A stretch of 64,000 bases of DNA, from NCBI GenBank assembly GCA_000182565.2, contig KQ257456.1; one strand, 5' to 3'. A program made the position numbers and the translations under genes. The notes under the pieces were generated by a model that saw nothing but the letters and a program-made list of their open reading frames with translations, made no database searches and was not told where the DNA came from. Every line of letters begins with the position of its first letter. The stretch's first letter is position 1. This document shows, piece after piece, positions 1 through 11,230 of this stretch. This DNA comes from Spizellomyces punctatus DAOM BR117. Lineage: Eukaryota.

Positions 1-361
1 TTGGCAGAACATGAGTCCAAAAAGCCTGGATAGCTCTTCTATCAAATTCACCTTCTAACAGTTCTTTGGGTCTGACTTTTTCTGAAGGTTCAACCGCTCC
101 TGGTGCTTTCCCGGTGGCATTCGGCTCGATGCTCTATAAATCGTAGGTCAAGGCCCAGACGTGTCACTAACAAAAATATTCTTATACCGATTTGACAATC
201 ATAACTGACCTCTCCACCCGATGTTACTTCCTCCTTTGTTGGTTTCCCTCCCTTGTTCCAAAAAGACCTGCCTTCCACAAATGAACATTCAGTTCCGAGA
301 AGAATGCAAAACTTCTCAATGAATAACCATACGCAAGCGTCATTTGCTTCTTCCCGGCCAT
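1..361 (-). CDS. 5' part of a gene with an N-terminal PCNA-interacting (PIP) box; possibly DNA ligase I or uracil-DNA glycosylase (runs off the window edge)
   Basis: ATG at 361. Splicing the GT-AG intron 268-332 gives MAGKKQMTLASFWNKGGKPTKEE...; QxxLxxFW fits the PIP consensus. The next exon (SIEPNATGKAPG...) is open in frame. Confidence 0.55.
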
Positions 362-597
362 GTTTCCCACCTACTACAGTTTCGTAGGGTTTGACTCGTC
401 TGGAAAGTTGGAAGGTAGGACACCAAGAATGTCAAATGCCAAATGCTCGCGGGCGCTGACGATGTCGGACAACCATCTGGACGTCATTTAACCCAAAATG
501 GGTTCCACTGAGTCATCACCGACCCATCGTGGGATGCGCGATCGTTGCTGATCTCACCATTTCAGCAGCGGATTCTCTGAGAATATAACGACATAAA

Positions 598-2140
598 ATG
601 CTAGTCCCACCGCTTCGCCCATTAGCTACTTTAAACCTAGAACCGAACATCCGATCGCGATTGCACAATGCCGGCTACCGCACGACTGCGGACTTGGGGA
701 ACGTTACCGCTGAAGCTCTTGCGCAAGGTGTGTAGTGAGGTCTCGTCACGGGCATAGTGAGGCTGATTGTAATCCAATCTCGAACATTTTCAAGAACTCG
801 GAGTACCATTACACCAAGCAAACTCGGTAGTTCAGCAGCTGAACAAGGGTATTCCGTTAGTTCGGTGGCCACCAATTAACTATAGTTCCGAGGTTAACCA
901 ATTGGCACATACCCAGATACAGTCGTGTCAATCTCCGCATTAGAAGCTCTAGCGCGAGAACGTCGCCGATTGTCTATAAGTACATTCTCGAAGGCGTTTG
1001 ACAGTATGCTGGGTGGGTCGGGCGTTCCCACTGGACGAGTCACAGAAATATGCGGAGCACCGGGGATGGGAAAGACGCAACTCGGGTAAGCTCTACGCAC
1101 TACCGATGACTAGCACTTTCAACCCTGAAAAAGACATGACTATTTCAACTTGTAGTATGCAGCTATGTGTTAATGTACAGATTCCGATATCCTGCGGCGG
1201 GGCCGAAGGAGAAGCGATCTATATTGGTGCGTTCTCACATCATTTTGCGTAGCGTGAATAGAATAATGAGCTTTCCCGATAGATACAGAGGGAAGCTTTG
1301 TAGTTGAACGGGTTGCAGAGATTGCTCGGGCGACATACAGATCCGTGGGCGGCAGTGAGGAAAACGAGAAAGAGCAAGTCGATGAGTACCTCTCCCGAAT
1401 ACATTATTTCCGAATACACGGATACTTGGAGCAAATAGCTCTGATCAATCAAATGGATCAGTTCCTGAAGAAGCATCCAAACGTAGGTTCTCTCGGTCTG
1501 CGTTACGTTGGCGCCTGCAGGTGTTGAACCGAATTCTTGTGACAGGTTAAGCTCATGGTAATCGACAGTATAGCATTCCATTTTCGTCAAAATTTCACAG
1601 ATATGGGATTACGAACCCGACTGTTGAATGGGATGGCTCAAAATTTTCGGCGATTTGCGGATATGTCCGATATGGCTGTCGTGCTCATGAATCAAATGAC
1701 GACACGGATTACTCGCGGAGAGCAGTCAAATAACAATACGGCAACGCTTGTCCCTGCCTTGGGTATAGATCCATATTCAATTACGGTACATTGAAGCAGT
1801 TCCTAATGAGCACTTTAATGGAGTGCAGGTGATAGTTGGGGACATGCAAGCACCAACCGCATAATTCTCTTCTGGCAACGAGAATTGCGGTAAGGACCGG
1901 GAGATAATTCTCGCAAGGGCAAATTGAGATTGACACGGATTTCCCAGGCATGCAATGATAGTCAAATCTCCTAACCTCCAGCAGCGTACCATTCAGTACG
2001 CAGTCACGGTAAGTGAGAGACGCAGGCGTTTTCCGTTCGATATTCTCAAAGGACAGTCCGGGTAGGGAGACGGAATTCGCGACCCTCCAACAACCAACCC
2101 TACTCCAAACAATCCCCGAAAGAGGCCGTTAGATGAATGA
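598..2140 (+). CDS. RAD51C: RAD51 paralogue C (RecA-family DNA repair ATPase), multi-exon
   Basis: Exons encode GGVPTGRVTEICGAPGMGKTQL (Walker A), MQLCVNVQIP, YIDTEGSF, VIDSIAFHFR (Walker B), VVLMNQMTT and LVPALGDSWGH. Confidence 0.9.
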
Positions 2141-2335
2141 TGCTTAAACATCAATTATAATCCGGATGGACGACGGCTCAATTACAAAATGTCATTTCCC
2201 GAATCAGTGCCATAAGACTGCTGCGGGCGTTCCTATGGAGCTATTAACTGACCTATCGACGACACTACGTTATTGGGAAGAAGCACTGTTTCCACACCCT
2301 AACTGAGCTCAACTGTCCAACTCTCAATTTACTAT

Positions 2336-3601
2336 TTAACGGCGAGGTGATCTCGAGCGACGCCGCGGTGATGGGGAACGGCGACGAGGAGACACAGATC
2401 GGCGTCGCGATGATCTGTCCGACCGACGCTGGGGGCTTCCGGATCGCTCCTGCTCATGTTGTCCTTATAGTCTGCGGGGGTTTGCACCAGAGATATAACT
2501 TGTCTTACCTCCTTCACACTTAGAGTCTGGCCTTCGTAGTCATAGTCTTGGAACATGCGCATAGCCTCCTCCATATCCGATAGATTGGAAAACTCCACGA
2601 TACTAAGTTGGCAATTCAGTACACACCTTTGTAAATACATGAACCATGATCATGCTCACCCTTCGCCTTCACGTGAGACGTCGGTATAAATAACTTCTCC
2701 GGCTTTCCGCATAAGATCTTTCAAATCCTGAATCCCACGGCGTTGTTAGATAAGTCGATCTATCGAATATAGAGTGCCTCGAAAGTCCGTGAACCAATGA
2801 GGCCGTCCCGGTTTCCAAGGCCAGACAGGAGAGGAACTCTTGCGAGAGAAGTCACACAGCAGCACGTGGAAGACCCAAAAGATGGAAGCCAAATACGAAG
2901 ATCCCGTTTTGCCAAGTGTGGTGAAGGTCGCCAAGATAGATCAAGAGACGGCACTCCCACGGCACAACTACATCGGACATTCTTGGCTCAGCCCATAGTT
3001 GCGACATACCCATATACAGTCGCCAGACGACACACCCATCCTGCTTGCTCCCAAATTTTATGCGGGGTTCTTTGCTTACCTGCCAGGACGTGCGGTTGGG
3101 CAAGTTCTGAACGATGATCCTATATAGAGGTACGATCAGATGCCAGCTACTCGAAACAAGTGGAGACAGCTAAACCTACCGGTGGGAACTACGTCCGCCA
3201 CGTCGGGTTGTAGTTGGGACATATTGGTCGCGCCTTCTGCGGTCCGCTTGAGTATGCGCAGGTTCAACAATCAATCTAGAAACAAACACGAGCTGTAGGG
3301 CTGCAGACTGTAAAATTTTGGAAAGAATTATAGGCTCCCTACCTTGCATGGTGGAATTTCTCACCATCGAGAACTTTGACGCAGTCTCGGGCGTCTTGCT
3401 CGTTCTCAAACTCAACGAAAGCATATCCACTGAGGATACGATACTCAGCGACCCTGCCAAACTCGGTTACGAGTTTCTCAACCTCCCTCTGCGTAACGTC
3501 GTTTGGCAGTTTTCCTGTTTACAACCATGCCATTCGTTAGCAAGAAACAAAAGAGTGGCCTCTACAGTCTACTGACCAATGTATACTCTTCTGTACGGCA
3601 T
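2336..3601 (-). CDS. SR splicing factor with two RRMs and an RS tail (SRSF4/5/6, Srp2-like)
   Basis: Spliced product MPYRRVYIGKLPNDVT...GYAFVEFE (RRM1), IIVQNLPNRTSWQ/DLKDLMRKAGEV (pseudo-RRM2 SWQDLKD), and a C-terminal RRSRSPRR stop at 2336. Confidence 0.9.
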
Positions 3602-4013
3602 CCCTAGTAGATCCTTTGTTCAAGTAACAAAAAAACTGGGACAGATGAATCGCTTCTTTTGCGTTGGGAGATCTCCAAAAAGGCTTGGCCTCCTCTACCA
3701 ACTCCTTGGTACACGTCAGTAACGTGATAGGTAATCACGGCATGACACGCGGGATTGAAGGAACAGCTTTTGGAGGACGCCATTTGGCGAGCTTTCGCCA
3801 TTGGTTTTTTCAACAGATTGTTATCCCAGGCATTGGCATTTACACGGCAGAAGTTTACGTATATTGACGGCTCAAAAGTCAAGTTATCGAGTGGCCTCAT
3901 TCCTGTCCTGGTGGGGTAAGAACTTCCCCGCGAGACTGGAGCGTATTGACTTGTCCGCAGTTCTACAATTCCCTCACCATTGACTCTCACGGCTAGTTTG
4001 CCCTCGGCAGTAA

Positions 4014-6927
4014 ATGTTTTGGGTAGCCAGGAAATTTACATCAACCATTGTACATACTCTTCCTTCGATTCATACCGCTCTTACAACCGATACTCCGTCA
4101 TCTCAACAGTCACATTCGGTTCAAACTGTAGGAGACTCTCCGCAATCAGAGGAGCCTTCAAGTGAAAATCAAGTTACCGAAGAAAAAGATTCCTCGTATC
4201 AACCCCCTTCTACCACTACCGTAGCAAACCCACCAAATACTGGTACTGGACCCTCTGAGACAGCCACGCGTGCAGTACCTCGGCCAGTTCCAGAGCGAAT
4301 AACACTCCCCGTGCGTCCTCGATCCGCTGTTCAGCCAGCATACCAACGTCTTGCAGTCGTCATGTCGCATCTAAACGGTGTAAACGGTGTAAGCCTATCT
4401 GGCCGAACACCCTCTCCGCAACTGGCCAACGGTCCAGTTTATACACAGCCACAGGACACACAGCTACTCTCCGCTGACGGATTCCTGGAAACTAGCGCGT
4501 ACGCTAACCGCGCTCGCCGTCTTATAAAGATGGTGAATACTATGCGCGATGCTGGTGCACATATGGATCTAGACTTGCCTACCATCGTGGTTTGCGGAAA
4601 CCAAAGTGTTGGCAAAAGTAGCGTCATTGAAGCACTCTGCGGAGTTGTGCTTCCCCGGAACGAGGGAACTTGTACACGATGCGTAACCGAAGTGCGTCTG
4701 TCCGAACTTGACCGAGATGGGAACAGTGCTGGTCTCACTGCCGCGCCTTGGTCTTGTACCGTGAAATTGCGTTATGAATTCGATTCAGCCGGAAGACCAT
4801 TAAAAGCCGTAAAAGAATTAACATTCGGAAAGGAGACTTTCAACAAAGGAGACGTGGATATACTGGTCCGCCGAGCTCAGAAGGCCTTGCTAAATCCTTC
4901 TACTGACCCTGTACGATATCTCGATTACATGTTTGACGACTCATCTGCCGCGACACGTGATAAAGAAGCTGCCAGCAATGAGCTCAAGTTTGTAAAAAAC
5001 GTGGTCTGCTTGGATATCCGTGGCGCTGGTGTCAATTTGACACTGATTGATCTCCCGGGGATTATACGAAGCGTTGACAAGAGGGAGGATTCGCAGTATA
5101 TAGATCTCGTGCAAGATTTGGTACGCTCTTATATCAGCAAGGACAGGGCCATAATTGTTGCCACCATCACATGTAAAGATGAAATCGACAATCAAGTGAG
5201 CTACAGCCGGTAACCTAGCTTCCTATATCTTAAGAAACTCATCAGTATACTCCTACTATAGGCTGTCGTCCATATGGCGAAGGAGGTTGATCCTCACGGA
5301 ATGCGCACTCTCGGTGTTCTAACGAAACCAGATACCATAGAAGCGGGAACACATGACCGATGGCTGCAAATAATGCTTGGGCATCAATATGCTCTAAAGC
5401 TTGGATATTGGATGATCAAGAACCCCACAAAAGCGGATCTTGATAAGGGTATCACATTCGAAGATGCCAGGCAATTGGAGGAAGCCTTCTTTTCCGGACA
5501 GCTGCCATGGTCGACTATCCGTCGCCAACTTGATCGGTTCGGTATTGATTCTCTACGGCGAGAGTTGAGTCGTCAGCTTACCATGTTGACCGAGATGTCA
5601 ATACCGGAAATGCAAAGCCGAACGGAGGAAGCCATACAAGCAACAGCTTTGGAACTGAGTAATCTGCCGCCCTCACTTGGAGAGAACTCTCGAATCGAGC
5701 TTTTGCAAATGATCCGACATTTTTGCACTCTGATCAATTACAATGTGACGGCACATCAAGACTTTAAGCAATTTTACCAACAGATTCGTGTACATTTTGA
5801 TGTCTTCCGCGAAGCAGTTGCTGCTACCCGTCCCACATTTGCTATGGCGCAGAAAGGTGGCCAGCCGACGGCCCCACCCCTGTCTTTATCATCCTCGATC
5901 TCGTCCTCCATATCTTCAGTGGTAGGATGGGGAAGCTCAGGGGACGATGCGCGACGAAAAGACATTCCAAAGCATGCCAAAATACATAGTGCTGATGCAA
6001 TGGAAACTGATTTGAAGAAACCCCTCACTGTAGCCGACGTCCGACGTATAATTGACGCCCAGAAAGGCAGGGAACTGCAAGGATACTCTGCATATGACGC
6101 TTTCACATATGTCGTGACCGCCTTTCAAGAGGAGTGGGCGAAGCATGGACAAACGTGTTTGGCGGCGGTATCCCATGAGCTGCATACCTTGGTTGGAAAA
6201 CTGACAGAGGATGTATTTGGACGTTTTGTTAACCTGCAAGGGCAAGTGAGGTAACAATCATGAAAGCGTAACTTGCAAAAGCAAACAAATTTATTCCGCT
6301 CACCTCGCTTACCTTGATGATAGGTTTGTCATTCAAGCTTTCCAAACTGAACTGTATCGTTCAACGTCAGAAGTCGTTAACAACCTGGTAGCTATGGAGC
6401 GACGATATCCATTCACAATGGGCTCTGAAGAATTTACTCGAACAAAAGCTGCCGCTTTGAACGAGTTCCGCTCGCAATTGGAAGCGTCTCGCGCAGGGAC
6501 AACAGCCGGAGCTGCAGCCGCAAGTTCCCAATCAAAGGCCGAAACCGTTAACAAAGCTCTAGCTGCTCTTGCCGAAGCTGGCTACACAGGTTTAACGGCT
6601 CGAGACCTCAGCCGTCTCCGCGCAGAGTCACCCGACGATGACGAAGTTCTCCATGTGATGTCGGCCTCCCACGCTTATTTCCGGGTTGCATGTCGACGAT
6701 TCAGCGACAATGTCCCCATGAGCGTCGATTTCCATTTCTTGTCCCGCTTTGCAGAGTTGTTGGAAAAGGAGTTGGTGGGACGATTGGGTCTTTTGGAAAA
6801 AGATAACGCTGCTGTACGTTTTATGTTGCAAGAAGATAGATTTGTTGCCGAGCGGCGAAGGGCTCTGGAAGAACAGCGAGTGAGACTGGAAACAGTTTGG
6901 AGGAGCCTGCACGAATTTGGATTTTAA
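4014..6927 (+). CDS. Mx-like dynamin-family GTPase (GTPase, stalk, GED); true start uncertain
   Basis: LPTIVVCGNQSVGKSSVIEAL, LPRNEGTCTRC, LTLIDLPGI, RTLGVLTKPD and a GED-like YFRVACRRFSDNVPM...LQED...ERR, over three large exons. Confidence 0.88.
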
Positions 6928-7175
6928 GGAAGTAAATATTGGATATGAATGTTTGCTGCGTAGGTAGAATCAGAGAGATGAAATAGGGAATGCTTTTTCC
7001 ATGTTATGTGCCCCTTTAGTACAGGGGGTCGTTTTACTACTTTTCACTGTTGCTTAATGTAGTTATTCTCAATTCTCAAAATTGCAACCTATTTTGGAGC
7101 TGAGGACCAGGCTGCACTATCTGTCAGGTTATTTTTTCAGCTTTTGCAAACCCAAGCTAAATGTAGTGAGTGGTG

Positions 7176-8702
7176 TTATGTACCGCTTTCCTCGGGTTTC
7201 ATGTTATCTGAAACGGAATGAACAAAGGTCCATGCCACAACCCATCTCACTGTCTTGGCCTGCCTTAGTGTCTTTACCACATGGCTAGCACCTTGTGTCC
7301 CCTCAATAGCCTCAGTAATGAGCGCAACATCCTCTTTTCTCCCTACCAAGGACGTAAACCACCCCACTCGCGTCCTCACCAAAGGCTGTTGACTCTCCTC
7401 AAGCATTCGAAGTATGAAACTAGCTTCTCCGCCTTCAGTAACCATTTCGGATGCTGAACCGGTACAGACAGCAAAGGGTTCCAAGCGCTTGGTCGTTCGC
7501 GCCTTGTGCATTTGGTTTTTGCTAGAATAGAAAGGGGGGTTGCACATGCAAAAGTCGTACCTGCAAATAACTTGGTAAATGCTATCAACGTTAAAATGAT
7601 ATCAATATGGTTACTCACCGATCCCTCCAGATCGTATCCAGCAGTGGAATGGGCAAGACGTCCTCTGTCTTATTTAGGACGACATGGATGCGAGAGTGTA
7701 ACTTGTTTCGTTCGACATTGGAAGTCGCGTATGCCGTGCTTCGTGGGTCGATCTCTGTGGGATCAAGCACTTTATGAGCAATGATTTGCGTACACGTCTA
7801 ATTGCATCTTTTCACATTATGGAAAAATGCCGCTTGTCAGCCAAGTCGATACAGAAAAGTCTTCACTCATTCCCATCAGCATAATACTGGAGTGAACCTT
7901 GGAAAGTGCAACCAATATTTTTCATGCATCCCCGCACCTTGCCTTCAGAAGGCACTGTCGAAATCACAAATAGTAGAATACTTGAGGGCATTCTGGTTTG
8001 CCACTACATACCGAGGGCAACCATCTCCCATTTGGCGTTAGTGGAGCAGGCCAGCAATGGATAGATGCAGGATGCGCCCGTTCCGCTGTTGAAAGTGCAA
8101 AAAAAGTTTGAGTACTGCACACGAGTTTTCAGAACTGGTTTCCAAGTACCGCACATGTCAATTCCTCGTATCTTAGCATCTGCCGAACGACTGGTATCTT
8201 CTGCCAACAGGTCTTGGATCAAGAGGACGTAATCTAACCTTGAAGGGCATTTCCGTGAATACACTGAAATTTGCTGTACAGCTAATGGTGAAGACCGGCT
8301 TCGCACCTGTTAGGCACCTGAAGGACCGAGTACAGAGTAAAAATCAAGTCAACTACAGAGCAAAGGGCATTGGTCCACTGCATCAACCAACCGGCGGGCA
8401 AAGAGTATCCAGAGGAATCTCCAGTCTCAATCCAAAATCCACCCACAAGAGTGCATACGTTAATTCCCTCACTGCCTTTGGGTCTTTGAAGTCTATTGTA
8501 GATTGCCCATATTTGTTTTTGCGAATGCTATTCCAAATAAAAAGTGATTTAGTGAGGAAGACGCCATAGGAAGTCACAGTAGTCTACAGTAAGAGCATAG
8601 ATGAAGGAGACACGTGGCGGCTTACTAGGGACGTAGATGCTGGTACTTTTCAGCTAGTGCTCCAAAGTCTGGACGGTCGCTGTACGGATTCCGCTCATGC
8701 AT
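7176..8702 (-). CDS. METTL16: RNA m6A methyltransferase, METTL16/RlmF family (U6 snRNA methyltransferase)
   Basis: MHERNPY...PDFGALA, IDFKDPKAVRELT, LCPPVPSRLDY, GIDIGTGASCIYPLL, catalytic MCNPPFY, GGEASFILRM, WFTSLVG, RWVVAWTF. Confidence 0.9.
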
Positions 8703-8931
8703 CGCAATCTCAAAGTCTGGGATGTCAACGAGCTGTCATCACTGATGGGTCACGTGCGAATATCACATCCTAGCCTCAACTTTCAGAAGACGACCGACTT
8801 GTTTTTATTTTCTATATTCAACTATCTTTATATTCATTAAATACAAGTGTTCCTACTCCATGCCGTATTTCAGCGAGCCAAGGCTTATTCTGTCCCTATC
8901 TAAATTACGCCAGTATCCGTAAACTAACAGC

Positions 8932-9914
8932 TCACCATAACAGCATACGCGCAAGCTGTACAGACAATGCCAGCCCTACAGACACGCCAATCAATTTGGC
9001 CGAGCGCTGACACCAGCTTCCATCTTTTCCCCTAGGTTCAGGTCCAACAATTTCCATACCCGAGGGAAGTAATGCATCGAGTTCATCAAAGATCTTGGCA
9101 TTGAGCTCAAATGCGAGCTTGGCTTCTTCCACAATGGCGGCTGGATGTCAAGATAGAGTAAGCGTGTCAATCATAACGAACCTTTGAGGCAAGGAAATTC
9201 TTACCATGATACTCCTCCGGCACCTCGTCCAATCGACTTCTATATAAACTTTTAAACTCTTTCATGGTGGATGGCAAATGAGTAAACGAATAAAAATGAC
9301 TGCCTTGCCCGTCTGCGGGTAAGGATAGCGCTTTTCGTATTTTACGAGATAAAATCTGGCCTCCTGAGAGGTCACCAAGATATCTGACATAGGCATGCGC
9401 TACGAGCAGTTCCGGTTGGTATTTGCTAACGTGGCGGATGCGGGAAACGTACGCCAGAGTGGCGGTGGATTGCGTAGAGGGTGTGCTTGTAGAGCCAGTC
9501 AAGAAAGCCAGATCTGATTGGATCCATAACGAGTTCAGTGGATGTGGGACATTGACAACTTTCAGAAACGGATTTTCTCACCGGCTACTATGCTTTCGAG
9601 TCGATCCAGCTCTCGCGGAAAATGAATCTTTTGTACAGCAAGATGCTTGCTATTCTTTTCTAGTTCCTCTTCCAAGGCACTGCAAGCACATTGATCCACG
9701 TCAGCTTTCCGGCCCAGGTGTTACCTCAGGCCGATAGAGGTTTTCCTCACCTATAGATTTCCTGAAACGATGTCAGATAGCTGATATAGGTCCTCTTATC
9801 GACATTACACCTTAAAAACTCTCGTGTGAAATGCGAGCGCTCTGCATTACGGTGCGCCTCCGCTGTGCCCTCTCGCAGCGCACGGGCAAGACTGATCTCG
9901 TCTTGCATGTGCAT
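8932..9914 (-). CDS. Heme oxygenase with C-terminal membrane anchor
   Basis: LREGTAEAHRNAE (proximal His helix), LLVAHAYVRYLGDLSGGQIL signature, EEAKLAFELN and a hydrophobic C-terminus. The start could extend upstream. Confidence 0.9.
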
Positions 9915-10226
9915 GGTCGGTGGTAGGTAATTGTTGCGACAAAAGGTTGCAGACTGGGGAGAGACAAGAGATTCAAGTTAGGATGAACCGGTAGCGAACG
10001 GACATGCGCAAGAGGATTTCCCGTCGGAAGGCATGACCCAGGTGGAAGCAGCGCTGCAAAGCGCAAACTTCAAATTGCGGGGACAGTGTCGCAAGCTTAG
10101 TCATCAAGCTAAGCCACTCAATAGCAGCCGTTTGGTTGGACTTTCCTGACGGAACAAAAAGTGACGGAAAGGCGGAACTTTTGGTGCAATTTCCAACCCA
10201 TTTCGGCTTTTGGTGCGGAGGGGATC

Positions 10227-10956
10227 ATGGCTTCCTTTGGGCATTGCTCGACGGTATTTTGCTTCTTCCTTGTATTCTTTGCAGGTAACAAAGCCGTTTG
10301 TTGAGAGTTGCGTCACATGTTTGGAGAGTAAACTCACACCTTTTTGATTGACAGCATGTACACTCACCTCGGTATCGGCCGGTAATCTCACAATAACATG
10401 CTCCCCAAATCCATGCCCAAAGTCCATTCCCTACAACTCCTCCCTTTCCCTCCTCGTCGACTATAGTCCAACCGTTGCAAACACAGCTCTTCGCAATTTA
10501 ACCGTCTCTTACACATTAACCTACATTCCGGCGGGACAAACTCAACCACAAACAGCATCATACATGAATACGTCTCGTCCAACTAGCGAAAAAAACATTA
10601 CTCTGCAGATTTCGCCTAGCACGCAGCTAAATTTGACTGCACCGCTGCAAAACAATGGCCAGCTACGGACGAGATTTCTGTACACTGAAGTGTTTCAACA
10701 CGATGGAAGCTTTGCGGGAGCAGCTACAGAAGATGGAGCAGAGTTTGAGGTGTTGGGTGTAAACGCAAATAAAGCGGAGGGAACGACGCCGACTCCCTCA
10801 GCGCCTGGGACGGGTTCCTCAACAGCAACCGCTACTCCACCTCGAAGTGTGCTAGTGTTGGGAAGTGCCGCCATGCCAACTGCAAGGGCCGGTGAAGTAG
10901 CAAAGGCTTTGGGTAGCGCGGTGGCGGCCGGAATGGCAGGAATGTTCCTCTTATAA
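10227..10956 (+). CDS. Secreted, probably GPI-anchored Ser/Thr-rich cell-surface protein
   Basis: Exon 1 is a signal peptide (MASFGHCSTVFCFFLVFFA) spliced to ORF 10348-10956, which has a T/S/P-rich stalk and a hydrophobic C-terminal tail (AVAAGMAGMFLL). Confidence 0.7.
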
Positions 10957-11230
10957 GCGTTGTGTTTATCTCTATGTACAGTATATGTTCATAGGCGTCG
11001 TTCAACGCCATTCCGAGGCGAAAGAGAATGACGCAGTGTATTTCTTTAATTGGGCTTTTTGTTTAGATAGTCTTGTAGTTACCATCATCATCGATAGAAA
11101 TATAATTATGCAACTGCTAGAGTCACTCTGTTAAAGAGAGAAGGCAAAAGTACAGCTACACAGGAATAACATCGCACTGCGCAACAACAGCTTGTAAACT
11201 CAAACTCAAGACACAGACAAATGCACTAAA

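Noticed and set aside
9950-10034. Upstream ATG encoding MPSDGKSSCACPFA, which resembles a CP heme-regulatory motif ahead of heme oxygenase
   Set aside because: No GT donor in that frame has the phase needed to join the heme oxygenase frame at the CAG acceptor. At most it is a uORF or 5' UTR intron.
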